From: the human T2T-CHM13v2.0 reference genome, Homo sapiens
NCBI RefSeq assembly: GCF_009914755.1
Contig: NC_060926.1
Strand: one strand, 5' to 3'
Length of the DNA stretch: 64,000 nt
Translations under genes and position numbers: made by a program
In this document: piece after piece, positions 16,804 to 48,677 of the stretch
Position numbering within the stretch: the first letter of the stretch is position 1
How the letters are laid out: each line of letters opens with the position of its first letter
Notes under the pieces: generated by a model
Databases searched by the model: none
What the model saw: only the letters and a program-made list of their open reading frames with translations
Told to the model about the DNA's origin: nothing

Positions 16804-17004
16804 GTTAAAGGTGAATCCTTGTTTCATTCTAAGAAAATGGACCTGACAGTAAATGGGGAACAACTGGATCTGGATCCTGGTCAAACTTTAATTTATTATG
16901 TTGATGAAAAAGCACCTGAATTCTCAATGCAGGGTCTAAAAGCTGGTGTTATTGCTGTTATTGTGGTTGTGGTGATAGCAGTTGTTGCTGGAATTGTTGT
17001 GCTG
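16804..17004 (+). CDS. EPCAM: EPCAM exon 7 (includes most of the TM helix, [21 protein letters not shown])
   Basis: ATACAG| acceptor, 201 nt, |GTGAGT donor. Overlaps ORF 16819-17061. Confidence 0.98.
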
Positions 17005-17034
17005 GTGAGTACAGAACAAGTAAAATTTCATTTA

Positions 17035-22035
<5,001 letters not shown>

Positions 22036-22199
22036 GGTGTGAAATTTTTAATTTAAGAAGCAATAAATGTTTATGGATAGATGTTAAAATTAGTTTTTTT
22101 TCAGATCAAAATTATGTCCATTAAAAGCATATATGTCTGTTTAGATAATCTTTTTTTGAATAGCAGTCCTAAAACAATAGTTGTCTTTCTTCCACTCAG

Positions 22200-22244
22200 G
22201 TTATTTCCAGAAAGAAGAGAATGGCAAAGTATGAGAAGGCTGAG
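22200..22244 (+). CDS. EPCAM: EPCAM exon 8 (VISRKKRMAKYEKAE)
   Basis: CACTCAG| acceptor, 45 nt, |GTAAAT donor. Confidence 0.97.
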
Positions 22245-22999
22245 GTAAATGGATTACTTACCTAAATAGAAAGGCCCTGTTGAATCTCTTACTCCTAATC
22301 ACTCTACCTTCCTACACACTGATGCATTTCAGTTATACTGGAGTCCCTTTATACTGTTGTCTTTAGGGTCTTAGGGACAGTCTTAGAATGTACTCTTACC
22401 TAAATATTCTTGCGTGAGTTCCATGGCAGATCACCATCTGTTTTCTGCCTCATAGAAGAGTGGAATGGGAAGCCTATGGTTTTTATTCTACAAAGAGTCA
22501 ACATCTAACAGAATCTTCTGAAGGCATACTCCAGTGGATTCACCTTGGAGAAACTCATTGTGACTGATGATCTGATTTATTATCTCTATGCCAGTGAAAT
22601 AATCATTTAATATGAACTTAATTTGTCATAATCTATTGTGTACTAACTAGTCTATACTAGTGTGACATCAAAGTGTCAGATTGTTAGTGTGTTTCAGTCC
22701 CTTGGAATTGAATATGAACACTTATCCTTGAACCCTATCAATAACATTTTTCACATATCTCAATTTTTGTGTGTCTTTGTAGTTGTATGTGGGCCACTTA
22801 CTAATATTTTAGCAAGTAATAAAAATAGAAACGTAAAGGAATATTGGAAAAAGTCTAATGGAACCAGAAAGTTCTAGCATTTTTTTCCCATTCTGTAGTA
22901 GGTCATCTGGTTTATTTGGTTTGGTGACCGCAAGTCTAGAAGACTAACCCTGAATTGAATGGTAACAGACAGGCAGAATGACAATGTAGTGTTGCAGTG

Positions 23000-23290
23000 C
23001 AGAGCAGTACAGACCTGGGTTTGGCTGGGCAAAATTATATAACTTCTTTAAGCCTCCATGTTTCCTCATCTGTAAAATGAGGATAATAGATAGTATGGAC
23101 CTGTTGCAAGGATTAAACATAATCAGTGTAAAGTGTTGGTCCCATGCTTGCCACATAAGAAAATATTTGTCAACAGAGTGGTAGTTGTCATTATCATTGT
23201 CTCAGTTTGCCTGTAACTAGTTGTGTGATCTGAGACAAACACTAATTTTGAACTTGAGTTTCCCCACATGTAAAATGAAAGATTGATAAT
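23000..23290 (+). mobile_element. MIR fragments in EPCAM intron 8
   Basis: MIR core GTTTCCTCATCTGTAAAATGAGGATAATA near 23060-23088 and a second degenerate core near 23258-23290. Confidence 0.65.
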
Positions 23291-23605
23291 AGAAAGTAAA
23301 TCAATTTTTTCTAGCATTAAAAATAGTATGCATTTAATAAAAATCTTATTCTTAATGATCTAGCTTACCTCCAACTTGCCCTAGTCACTTTGGCGATCTT
23401 GTCTCTAAATAGAACCTTGAAAACACTTAAATGTGTGTTTCCTTGCAATATAACTTTTTCTTTTTTTATTTAAATAAGTCTTATAAATGTGGGAAAAAAT
23501 TATCTTGTGTTCCTTTAATTTCATTTTTATTTAATACTATTTTCAGAATGAACAAAAGATTGAAAAATTATTTAGAATTTTTTTCTGTGCTTTTTCCTGT
23601 TTCAG

Positions 23606-23647
23606 ATAAAGGAGATGGGTGAGATGCATAGGGAACTCAATGCATAA
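23606..23647 (+). CDS. EPCAM: EPCAM exon 9 CDS (IKEMGEMHRELNA*)
   Basis: TTTCAG| acceptor, TAA at 23645-23647. The nine exons sum to 945 nt. Confidence 0.98.
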   Translation: MKEMGEMHRELNA

Positions 23648-23928
23648 CTATATAATTTGAAGATTATAGAAGAAGGGAAATAGCAAATGGACACAAATTA
23701 CAAATGTGTGTGCGTGGGACGAAGACATCTTTGAAGGTCATGAGTTTGTTAGTTTAACATCATATATTTGTAATAGTGAAACCTGTACTCAAAATATAAG
23801 CAGCTTGAAACTGGCTTTACCAATCTTGAAATTTGACCACAAGTGTCTTATATATGCAGATCTAATGTAAAATCCAGAACTTGGACTCCATCGTTAAAAT
23901 TATTTATGTGTAACATTCAAATGTGTGC

Positions 23929-24039
23929 ATTAAATATGCTTCCACAGTAAAATCTGAAAAACTGATTTGTGATTGAAAGCTGCCTTTCTATTTACTTGAG
24001 TCTTGTACATACATACTTTTTTATGAGCTATGAAATAAA
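23929..24039 (+). terminator. EPCAM: EPCAM poly(A) signals ATTAAA (23929-23934) and AATAAA (24034-24039)
   Basis: Both hexamers lie in the AT-rich 3' UTR. TGTA elements upstream, T-rich tract downstream. Confidence 0.85.
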
Positions 24040-24048
24040 ACATTTTAA

Positions 24049-24306
<258 letters not shown>

Positions 24307-24469
24307 TAGTCTCGAACTCCTGACCTCACGATCCACCCACCTCTACCTCCCATAGTGCTGGGGTTACAGGCGTGAGCCACCGCGCCCGGCCTCTTTTTTT
24401 CTTTTTGTTTTGTTTTTTCTTTTTTTTTTTGAGACAGGATCTTGCTCTGTGGCCTAGGCTGGAGTGTAG

Positions 24470-25161
<692 letters not shown>

Positions 25162-25548
25162 GTTGTGACAGACCCAATGACCCACAGAGTCTAAAATGTT
25201 TATTGGAAATGTTTGCTGACCCCTGCTCTAGGATGCTGGGGGAAAGCTATTCCTAGGTAGGTGTCTCAGCAGACATGGAAAGCAGCCTATAATATTGCCC
25301 CAGCAGGTGGGGTATGGAACAGATGCTCAGGGAGGCTGCTGGCTGCTGTCCACTGCAGGCCCAGAAGCGTCCTGGAGAAGCCACCCCATGCTGCAAGAGC
25401 CAGATCATGGAGCAGCCCTGGATGCTGCAGGAGCCTGTCAAGCCAGGACACCAGAGCTAGGAAACAAAACCTTCCTTTTCAGTGCCTCTCTAGCACCCTC
25501 TGCTGACAGAGCTTCAGATCCATTTTCACAGAGAGGTGCAAAGGGTGA

Positions 25549-25803
<255 letters not shown>

Positions 25804-27243
25804 TGAACTCCTGACTTCAGGTGATTCACCTGGCCTGAATTTGAACTAAGAGGCAATAAGTTAATAACTGGCACACTCTTCAACCCATTGCCTTCTAGAC
25901 GCTGTCCTGTCTCTTCTGAAGCTACTTTCGCTAAGGTCAACACTGACCTGCTAATTGCTAGTGATCCTCTTCCCCCGGTGTTGAATCATTTGCTTTCTCT
26001 GCAGCCTGTCACCAGGATGACTTCCCCATTCTCTACCCCACTGTGTTTTCTTTTTTTTCCTTTGGCTTCACTGGTATGAATCTCTCCTGATTTTTTCCCT
26101 CTTCTACTGATTGTGTAATACTGATGTTCCCAGGATTTGTCCTTAGTTCTATTTTTCCTCCCTTTTTCTTCCTGGAGGATTTCATCCACTTTCTTGCCTT
26201 TATTACCTTCTGTGAGGCTCAATGAGAACAGAAGCACCATCTCCATTTCTGTTCTTTTTTCCTGAGATCTATAGTAAAGTATGTATATTTCACATAACTA
26301 GTTTTTAATGATTTGATCATCTTCATCCACAAACATATTTTATGGCTTGTATTCTCAGAATCAATTGATGGCATTGCCATGAACCAAGTCCCAAATTCCT
26401 TCTCTTTTACTTCCTCCATTGTTTTAGTCACCAGAGCCTGTGATCCTCCCCGAGAAACAAATGCTCCTCTAATCTGCCTTCTCTTACACACTTTCCCTGG
26501 TCTCTTTATAAACAATCTACTCCCTCTCCAGCCCAAACCTCATATTGCTCCCAGGATTATTTGCCTAAAGTTGATCACAGCACTTTTTTACAACATAAGA
26601 TGTACCCCTTTCCCCTGCCAGAGGGGCATATATAAAGCCTTTCAGTGTGGCCCTGTAGTGTGAACCTTTTCTCCTTTTGTCTGTCTGGCATCCCATTTCC
26701 TCTGCAATTTGGGAAGAATTGTCTGCATGTTTTGTAAGAGCCAGGTCTCTACCTCCCTCTTTAGAAGTTTAAGGGCAGAGATCCTCTCATGGCTCTCAGC
26801 ATCCAGGGCACAGGCACCCCCACATAGTACTTGGAATCTTGTGATGGAAAGAAGTAAGAACAGTTGAGAAAACACCCATGGGCAGTGGTGGCATGTGACC
26901 AATGGCAGTTATAGGCATGTTGCAGTGGTGGCATCCCAGCCCTTGGTCATCTCTGCCCTACATGACCCTGTGGCCATCCAGCTGTGGTTGCTCTGCTTGG
27001 CCTCCCTTGGCTGCTGATTCCTCTCCCCTCCCATTGCCAATACCCTGCTCCAGAGCTTTATCACATGCCTGGATTAATTTAATTTCCGACTTTCCCAATA
27101 CCAAATTCTCCCCACTCTCAATCCTTTCCCAACGTCATTCCCAGAATAACTAAAATCTAGTCACAGTCTACCTTATTTCTCACTGTACCTCCAATACATC
27201 AAATTTTCCTGCATTTAAGATTTCCCTTCCCATTCCTCCAATG

Positions 27244-27345
27244 TTCCTTCTTTCCTTGCTTCCTTCCTTCCTTCCTTCCTTCCTCCCTCCCTCCCTCCCT
27301 CCCTCCCTATCTTCCTTTCTTCCCTTCTTTTTTTCTTTTTTTCCC
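27244..27345. repeat. (CCTT)n/(CCCT)n polypyrimidine tract
   Basis: Read directly. Confidence 0.9.
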
Positions 27346-27463
27346 TGGACAGGTCTTGGTCTCTTGCCCAGTCTGGAGTGCAGTGGCACAAACACAGCTC
27401 ACTGCAACCTCTACCTTCAGGGCTGAAGTGATCCTCCCGCCTCAGCCTTCTGAGTATATGTAG

Positions 27464-27685
<222 letters not shown>

Positions 27686-28705
27686 TAGTAGAGATAGGGT
27701 TTCACCATGTTGGCCAGGCTGAAATAATTTTATAATTTTTTTGTAGAGACAGGGTCTCACTGTGTTGCCCAGGAGTCTCGAACTCCTGGACACAAACCAT
27801 CCTCCTACCTTGGAGGATGCAATACTGAAGTGTTAGGATTACAGGCGTGAGCCACTGTGCCTGGCCCCTCTGTCCTTTTATACCTTGACTTGGGTTCTAT
27901 CCTGCCTTTGCTTATGTTCTTTCTTAGGCTTGGGAAACCCTCTGCTTAGTCAAGGCCTAGCAGAAGATCTTCTTTTACAAATCCTTTCACCACTTTAACC
28001 TCATCTTTTTCTACTATCAACACTCACAGCACTTTTGGTAGATACACTTTCCCAATTCTTTCCTATCATCCTAAGACATGTTCCCCCTCCCTCATTAAAA
28101 ATTCCCACTGAAGGCTGGGTGCTATGGCTCACGCCTGTAGTCCCAGCACTTTGGAGGCCGAGGCCAGCGGATCACCTGAGGTCAGGAGTTTGAGACCAGC
28201 CTGACCAACATGGAGAAACCCCGTCTCTACTAAAAATACAAAAAATTAGCTGGGCATGGTGGTGCATGCCTGTAATCCCAGCTACTCAGGAGGCAGAGGC
28301 AGGAGAATTGCTTGAACCTGGGAGGTGGAAGTTGCGATGAGCCAAGATCACGCCATCACACTCCAGCCTGGGCGACAGAGCAAGACTCCGTCTCAAAGAA
28401 AAAAAATTCCCACTGAAGGCGGGGTGTGGCAGCTCAAGTCTGTAATCCTAGCACTTTGGGAGGCTGAGGTGAGAGGACTGCTTGAGGCCAGGAGTTCTAG
28501 ACCACCTGAGCAACATGACAAGATGCACCATCTCTAAAAAAATAAAAATAAAAATTCCCACTGATCTTAGCCCTCTAACAAGCTACCATTGCCATCTCTT
28601 TTTCCTTCTTATCAAACTTTATTTTTTATTTATTTTTGAAATGGGGTCTCAGCCTGTCGCCCAGGCTGGAGTGCAGTGGCGCAATCTTGGCTTATGGCAA
28701 CCTCC

Positions 28706-29296
28706 TGAGATGGGATAATTCCCTTGACCTTGACCCCCTTCGTGGGCAGGAACTGGAGTGGCTCCTTTCAGCCCACTGCTGGCCACTTTTTGGAAGAGGA
28801 AATGTGTGAGCAAGCAGTGTGGGAACCAGAGTGAGCGAATGCTGGAACTGGTTGGTCGGTCCTCTCTGGCAGGAGCAGGCTCTGTACAGCCCTGGCAGCA
28901 GCATCCAAGCCCCTGCCCTCTTGGCACCCGGGTTCTTGTCTGGCATCCAGGAAGAATCAGGACAAATGAATGGATTGAAGGGGTAGTGTATGTGGAGGAT
29001 TTTACTGGGTGATGGAAATGGCCCTCAGTGGGATGGCAGCTAGAATGGGGATGGTGCAGGAGGTACCCTCCGAAGTTAGCTGCGTCTGCAGTCTCTGACA
29101 CTCAGTAGCTTCTCTGCTCGCTGCCCAGGCGCTTATGTTGCTCTGCCAGCTGAAGTCATTATGGGCACAGGATAGGGGCATGGCAGGCCAAAAAGGTAAC
29201 ATTGGGCAGAAAAATGGGGTCAGCTGTTTTCACTTAGGGCCATGGTTCCAGGCCTTAGGGGTGGGGTTTGGCCAGTAGCCCAGCCATTCTGTATCA
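28706..29296 (-). mobile_element. ERV1-class solo LTR (MER52/LTR27/LTR28-like) inserted inside an older antisense Alu
   Basis: TG...CA termini. 4-bp TSD CTCC (28702-28705) / CTCT (29297-29300, CpG decay). The Alu resumes in register on both sides. Family assignment from memory. Confidence 0.75.
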
Positions 29297-29345
29297 CTCT
29301 GCGTCCCAGGCTTAAGCCACCCTCCTAACTCAGCCTCCCAAGTAA

Positions 29346-29543
<198 letters not shown>

Positions 29544-29938
29544 TAGCCCATTCTGCTTTCAGAATGAACTGTTCAACCTATATAGAGTTTCCGTTCCCCA
29601 CGTCAACCAACCAAAGAGCTTTCTCAAAAAATGACTTAATGGCTGGGCGCGGTGGCTCATGCCTGTAATCCCAGCACTTTGGGAGGCCGAGGTGGGTGGA
29701 TCACCTGAGGTTGGGAGTTCGAGACTAGCCTGACCAACATGGAGAAACCCCGTCTCTACTAAAAATACAAAATTAGCAGAACGTGGTGGCACATGCCTGT
29801 AATCTCAGCTACTCAGGAGGCTCAGGCAGAAGAATTGCTTGAACCCAGAAGGCAGAGGTTGCTGTGAGCTGAGATTGCCCATTGCACTCCAGCCTGGGCA
29901 ACAAGAGCGAAACTGTATCTCAAAAAAAAAAAAAAAAA

Positions 29939-32068
<2,130 letters not shown>

Positions 32069-32156
32069 TGAGCACCACCACGCCAGGCTAATTTTTGTAT
32101 TTTTAGCAGAGATAGGGTTTCACCATGTTGGCCAGCTGGTTTTGAACTTCTGGCTA

Positions 32157-32342
<186 letters not shown>

Positions 32343-32384
32343 CTAAAAAAAAAAAAAACCCACACACACACACAAGATTATTTA

Positions 32385-32746
<362 letters not shown>

Positions 32747-32854
32747 TCATGCTATGTCTTCCAGTTATATTTTTGCAAAATTCCTCTTAGTTATTTTCAG
32801 AAATTCAGATTACCATGTGGGAGTGGAAAGTATATAAAATATCTGTAAGACAAC

Positions 32855-33971
<1,117 letters not shown>

Positions 33972-34001
33972 CAACTGTTTGATATACTTTTTTTTTTTTT
34001 A

Positions 34002-34480
<479 letters not shown>

Positions 34481-36628
34481 TTATTTATTTATTTTTGAGA
34501 TGGAGTCTCACTCTGTTCTCAGCTCACTGCAACCTCTGCCTCCTGGGTTCAAGTGATTCTCCTGCCTCAGCCTCCCAAGTAGTTGGGATTACAGGCATGC
34601 ATCACCACACCAACTAATTTTTTTTTTGAGACCAAATCTCACTCTGTTGTCCAGGCTGGAGTGCAGTGGAGCAATCTTGGCTCACTGCAACCTCTGCCAC
34701 CTGGGTTTAAAGCGATTCTCCTGCCTCAGCCTCCCCAGTAGATGGGATTACAGGCGCCTGCCACTGCATCTGGCTAATTTTTGTATTTTTAGTAGAGATA
34801 GGGTTTCACCATCTTGGCCAGACTGGTCTTGAACTCCTAACCTCGTGATCCACCCACCTCGGCCTCCCAAAGTGCTGGGATTACAGGCCTGAGCCACCGC
34901 ACCCAGCCTAATTTTTGTAATTTCCTTAGAAATGAGGTTTCACCATGTTGGCCAGGCTGGTCTTGAACTCATGACCTCAAATGATCCACCTGCCTTGGCC
35001 TCCTAAAGTGCTTGGATTACAGGGGTGAGCCACTGTGCCCGGCCCTGGCCTGATCTACTTTGAATAAGAATTTATCAGCCAGGCTCAGTGGCTCACTCCT
35101 GTAATCCCACTTTGGAAGGGCCTGGGCAGGTGGATTGCTTGAGCCCAGGAGTTCCAGACCAGTCTTAACATGGTGAAACCCTGTCTCTTCTAAAAATATA
35201 AAAATTAGTGGGGCGTGGTGGCCTGCACCTGTAGATGCAATTACTTGGGAGGCTGAGGTAAAAGAGTCACCTGAGCCTGGGGAAGTGGAGGCTTCAGTGA
35301 GCTCTGATCATACCACTGCAATCCAGCCTGGGCGACAGTTAGACCCTGTCTCAAAAAAAAAAAAAAAAAAATTAAAAAAAGAATTTATCATGAACAGTTA
35401 ATACACGCACATGGTTGGAAACAAAGGATACTGTTAAAACAGTTTCAGCTGGGCGCAGTGGCTCACACCTGTAATCCCAGCACTTTGGGAGGCCGAGTTG
35501 GGTGGATCATGAGGTCAGGAGATCGAGACCATCCTGGCTAACACGGTGAAACCCCGTCTCTACTAAAAATACAGAAAAATTAGCCGGGAGTGGTGGCAGG
35601 CGCCTGGGAAGGCTGAGGCAGTAGAATGGAGTGAACCCAGGAGGCGGAGCTTGCAGTGAGCCGAGATCACACCACTGGAGTCCAGCCTGGGCGACCGAGC
35701 GAGACTCCGTCTCAAAAAACAAACAAACAAACAAACAAAAAAAGTTTCTTAGACAAATTGATTACAATTGCATATCAAATTTTAATTTCAAGCTTATTTC
35801 CTTTCCAAGCAGGCTAAATATTCCTCTTAGACATTTTGTAAAAAAGAAGCATATTAGAATCATCAGTATTAGCCTGGAGAAAGCAAACAATGTCTGGAAT
35901 TATTAGCTATCTTCTAAGTCTAGTTAAAGGTAACTGTCTTGTGCCAAGACTGACAGTGAGCTAAATGAACTGTTTTTTTTTGAGACAGGATCTTGCTCTG
36001 CTGCCCAGGCTGGAGTGCAGTGGTGCTATCATAGCTCAATGCAGCCTTAAACACCTGGACTTAAGGAATTTTTCCACCTCGGCCTCCCAAGGATTACAGG
36101 TACATGCCTGGCTGGTTTTTTAAACTTTTTTTTTTTTTTTTGAGACAGAATCTTGCTCTGTTGCCCCCACTGGAGTGAAGTAGTGTGATCTTGGCTCACT
36201 GCAACCCCCACCTCCCGGGCTGAAGCTATCCTCCTGCCTCAGCCTCCCAAGCAAATAGAACTACAGGCATGTGCCACCAAGCCTGACTAATTTTTGCATT
36301 TTTAGTAGAGACAAGGTTTCACCATGTTGCTCAGGCTGGTCTTGAACTCCTGAGCTTAAGCGATCCTCCCACCTCAGCCTACCAAAGTGCTGGTATTACA
36401 GGCATGAGTCGCTGTGCCTGCCTTACAGTTTTTTGTAGAGATGAGATCTTGCTATGTTGCCAGGCTGGTCTCCAACTCCTGGGCTCAAGTGCTCCTCTGG
36501 CTTCAAGTCTTCTAAAATGTTGGGACTACAGGCATGAGGTACCATGCCTGGCCAGCTCATTAAAGTGTATCAGAAATGGTAGTAGCTTCTCTAAAGGGAT
36601 AGCACATGACATCAGACTATAATACTCA

Positions 36629-36829
<201 letters not shown>

Positions 36830-37103
36830 TCACTTGAAACCAGGGCGGGTGGAGGTTGCAGTCAGCCGAGATTGTGCCACTGTACTCCAGCCTGGGAGAC
36901 AGAGCGAGACTCTGAAAAAAATAAAAATATAAATATAAAATAAATAAAACTCAGGTCAGAAACACATCTTCTTTCTCAGTATACAGTCTTGCTGCAGATT
37001 CTGTAAGCACACAGACGGTTAAGCATACAGAATCTGGAAGAAGACTGGATTCTAGATCTATCACTTACTAGCTCTGTGATCTGGCGCAAGGCCAGGCAAT
37101 TGA

Positions 37104-37259
<156 letters not shown>

Positions 37260-37542
37260 TAGCTGGGATTACAGGTGCCTGCCACCATGCCAGGGTAATT
37301 TTTGTATTTTTAGTAGAGACGGGGTTTCACCATGTTGGCCAGGCTGATCTTGACCCGCTGACCTCGGCCTCCCAAAGTGCTGGGATTACAGGCGTGAGCC
37401 ACTGTGCCCACCAGAGATTTCTAAATTGAGCTGATTGTCAGGAACATCCAGGGAGCTTTCAAAAATGATTCCAGGCTGAGGCTGGGCGGGGTGGCTCATG
37501 CCTGTAATCTCAGCACTTGGGGAGGCCGAGGTGGGTGGATCA

Positions 37543-37836
<294 letters not shown>

Positions 37837-37891
37837 TCACACCTGTAATCCCAGCACTTTGGGAGGCCGAGGCGGGCAGAACAGGAGGTCA

Positions 37892-38122
<231 letters not shown>

Positions 38123-38219
38123 CTACTCCAGAAATTAAGACCCATTATGTGTGGGCTGGGCACAGGAATATGTTTAAATCCCCCCCCACCTCCCCAGGGT
38201 GATTCTGCTGCTGAATTAG

Positions 38220-38606
<387 letters not shown>

Positions 38607-38650
38607 TAATTTTGCAGGATGGATCCTGAGCTCCTTCAGGTGTTTGATAA

Positions 38651-38812
<162 letters not shown>

Positions 38813-39288
38813 TAATTTTTGTATTTTTAGTAGAGACGGGGTTTCGCCATGTTGGCCAGGCTGGTCTCAAACTCCGGACCTCAGGTGATCCACCCGCGTT
38901 GGCCTCCCAATACGCTGGGATTACAGGCGTGAGCCACTGCGCCTGGCTGTTTGCTAACATTTTAAAATTTCAACCTTCCTCTTCCTTAACTGGTCTTCCC
39001 CTACCCCCCCTCAAGACGGGGTCTCTCGCTCTGTCGCCCCAGCTGCGGTGCAGTGGCGTGAACATAGCTGACGGCAGAAGACCTCCTGGGCTCAAACGAT
39101 CCTCCTGGCTCGTGCTCCCAAAGTACTGGGATTATGGCGTGTGACACCACGCCTGGCGTCAAACGTTTGTCTTTTTATTTATTTTATTTTGTATTTTTTG
39201 AGACAGGGTTTTCAATCTGTCGCCCACGCTGGAGTGCAGTGGCACAATTTACGGCTCACCGCAGCCTCGACCTCCCGGGCTCAGGTGA

Positions 39289-39456
<168 letters not shown>

Positions 39457-39829
39457 TAACGTACCATTTCATTTACTTGCTATATTCATTATCTGAATTT
39501 TCTCATATTAGAATGTAAGCAGAATAAAGGCAGTGATTTTTCTTTTTACTGGCGATCCTCAGAGCCAAGAAGAGTCTGGGACATAGCAGGCCATATAAAT
39601 GTTTTCGAATGAGTGAATCATCAACGAGTGGATGAAACGATAATGTGGCTAACAGGCAGCAGTAAGGAGGCTGTGTAGAATAAACCCGTAATCCCGATGT
39701 TGGCAGTTTGCTTAGAAAGAAAAAGGGAGGCAGTCGGAGAGGGGCACACGTTTTAACAAAATACTGGGAGGAGGAGGAAGGCTAGTTTTTTTTTTGTTTT
39801 CAAGTTTCCTTCTGATGTTACTCCCATGC

Positions 39830-40700
<871 letters not shown>

Positions 40701-41719
40701 ATGCATTGTTCTAGTTCATTTTCCAGCAGTCGCATTCCTCGCCTTGGCCCTACATGTAGCGCTCATTACAAACACGGCCAGAATCTCTTATTAACAAACA
40801 GCAGCCAGGAGTGAGATTTAAAATAGACTGGGGGTTTAGGAGACCCTTTTATGACACGTAATTCTGCTCCCACGACGCTCCCATTTATACCGCCGGTCCA
40901 GCTAAGGGTCTGGTAATGGAGCGCCGTTGAAGAGCAGTATGATGAAGTGGTCAGGACCAACGGACTCTGGAGCTGGGCTGCTTGGGATCAAGTCGCTGCC
41001 CCTCTGCTTATTAACGTGTGACCTTGGGCCAGTCATGGACGCTATCTGCTTCAGCTCAGCATTCAGTGCTCTCCGTCACCCGACCCCATCTATCCAGGAT
41101 TATCTCTCCCTGGAAAGCTACAAACGTCTCACCCTATGTGGGCCAAATGTTCTGGATAGGCCTAGTTAACCTCTTCTCTCCCTGTTTTCTTTGCGCTTTC
41201 TTGCAGCTATGTAGTTATGCTAATGAAAAGAGCATCCTAGGGGGAGCAGAGTTGTGGATTCTAGTCCTGACTAGAGGACTAGTGCAAATGCGATACTCCT
41301 GATGAAAAATGTTTCATTCGTTAGATATAAATGTGTTAGGCAGGGTTATGGACACTAGATGAAAAAAGAAATACCTCTACTTTCATAGAGATCACTATTG
41401 GACAGCAAGGCAGAAATAATTACAATTCAAGTTGGAGGCTTATGGAGGTGAGCTTGTAAGAGGTTACAAGAGGCGCCAAGGCAGGATCGCCAAAGACGGA
41501 AGACTTTGGAAGAGTCTCATACAACGGAAGAGGCGTTATATGAGACACCAAAGTCCACGTTGAGTCTTGGTGGACTAGAAGTTTGCTAGGGAGAGGGCTT
41601 GAAACGAGGTAGATTGGCGTTGCTGGTGTAGAAAAGGAAGGAGACTGGCCCAGGTGGGTGGGGTTAGATGACCAAAGGCTTTTAGTGTGGTGTTGAGCTG
41701 TTGAAATTTTATGCTGTAG

Positions 41720-41902
<183 letters not shown>

Positions 41903-42269
41903 TAGCTAATTTTTGTATTTTTAGTAGAGATGGGGTTTCACCATGTTGGCCAGGCTGGTCTCAAACTCCTGACCTCAAGTGATCCACCCACCTTGGCCTC
42001 CCGATGTGCTGGGATTACAGGTATTAGCCACTGCACCTGACCTACATAGATTTTACATAAGACTTTAAAACAGGGCGGGCGCAGTGACTCACGCTTGTAA
42101 TCCCAGCACTTTGGGAGGCTGAGGTGGGCGGATCACAAGGTCAGGAGATCAAGACCATCCTGGCTAACATGGTGAAACCCTGTCTACACTAAAAATACAA
42201 AAATCCCAGCACTTTGGGAGGCTGAGGTGGGCGGATCACGAGGTCAGGAGATCCAGACCATCCTGGTTA

Positions 42270-42537
<268 letters not shown>

Positions 42538-42817
42538 TTAGGGATGCCAAGGTGGGAGGATTGCTTGATGCTAGGAGTTGAAGACTAGCCTGTGTAACAT
42601 AGCGAGACCCATCTCTACAAAAAAATTAAAAAGTTACCTTTAGAACTTACGATTTTTATGTGTAGACTCCATATAAGCAGAGGGTCTATGCTTATTCACT
42701 ATTTATTACCTTCCATAGTCCCTGCACATATAATAGGTGCTTCATAAACAATTTAATGAATGAATAAATTACTGAGAAAACACTGGAAGTTTTTGGGTTA
42801 GCATTGTGTTAGGTGCT

Positions 42818-45382
<2,565 letters not shown>

Positions 45383-45434
45383 GTGCTTGAACATGTAATA
45401 TCTCAAATCTGTAATGTACTTTTTTTTTTTTTAA

Positions 45435-45638
<204 letters not shown>

Positions 45639-46232
45639 TAAAAATGTGAAGAATTTAATTGTGTTTTAGTATTTTAAGTAGATTGTGATAGTAGAATGGT
45701 TTGAGACACTTTAATAGCAATTAGCATGTGGTTTTTAAAAAGTTGCAGTTTGGCTGGTCGCAGTGGCTCATGCTTGTAATCCCAGTATTTTGGGAGGCTG
45801 AGGCAGGTAGGTTGCCTGAGCCCAGGAGTTCAAGACCAGCCTGCCCAACGTGGTAAAGCCCCATCTCTACTGAAGATAAAAAAATTTAAAAAAATTAGCT
45901 GGGGCTATTGGCACACACCTGTGGTCCCAGCTAATCAAGAGGATGAGGTTAGAGGATCACTTGAGCCCAGGAGGTTGAGGTTACAGTTTAACTTTCAGAG
46001 GCCAAGGCAGGAGGATTGCTTGAGTCCAGGAGTTTGAGACCACCCTGGGGAATGTAGGGAGATCCCATCTCTATAGAGGGATAGATTAGATAGATAATTT
46101 CTGAGGGGAGGGGAGGGGGAGGGCCAGGGAAGGGGAGGGAAAGGGGAGGGGAGGGCAGGGCCAGCAGTAAGGTCATAATAGAGACATGTATCTGTAAGAT
46201 CCTTATAATAGGTGAGGATGGCCACAAATTAG

Positions 46233-46685
<453 letters not shown>

Positions 46686-46753
46686 TGAGCCACAGCACTC
46701 AGCCAGTTATTTTTTTATAAGAAAACATTTTACTGGCCAGGCCTGGTGGCTCA

Positions 46754-47074
<321 letters not shown>

Positions 47075-47136
47075 TTATAAAATTTTAAAGTATGTTCAAG
47101 AGTTTGTTAAATTTTTAAAATTTTATTTTTACTTAG

Positions 47137-47469
<333 letters not shown>

Positions 47470-47790
47470 TAATTGACATGATACTGTTTCATTTAAGGAA
47501 AAATAATAAAAAAACTCTTTTTTTTGTATCTAATTAAAATAATGTTCTGATGTTTACAGAAACTTTGTATATTTAATTGGACATTAGAACAAGCTGTTTG
47601 TTGTGTAAGATTTATTTTACCTCAGATCTTTTCTCCCCCCTTTCCTTTCTGTCTTGTGTTCCAAAAGAGTAATTATTACGGTAAATATTACTGTAATTAT
47701 GGATTTATCAAATAAGATGCAGTTCTTTAGCATTTTTTGATAAATCGAGTGGAACTTTAGCCTGTTATTTTACTATTTGTTTTATTTTAA

Positions 47791-48028
<238 letters not shown>

Positions 48029-48170
48029 TGAACTCCTCACCTCGTGATCCACCCACCTGGGCCTCCCAAAGTGCTGGGATTACAGCCATGAGCCACCATG
48101 CTCGGCTTTGATTGTGTCATTTGTATAGGCATGTGGTTTATTATTTAGTTATTTTTTTTTTTTTCTTTGA

Positions 48171-48452
<282 letters not shown>

Positions 48453-48455
48453 TAG

Positions 48456-48677
<222 letters not shown>

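Noticed and set aside
28097-28564. Three copies of AAAATTCCCACTGA spaced by longer segments (array-like)
   Set aside because: TSDs from successive Alu insertions, not a CRISPR-like array.
28649-29202. 150-aa minus-strand ORF and neighbouring ORFs
   Set aside because: Lie within a solo LTR and Alu.
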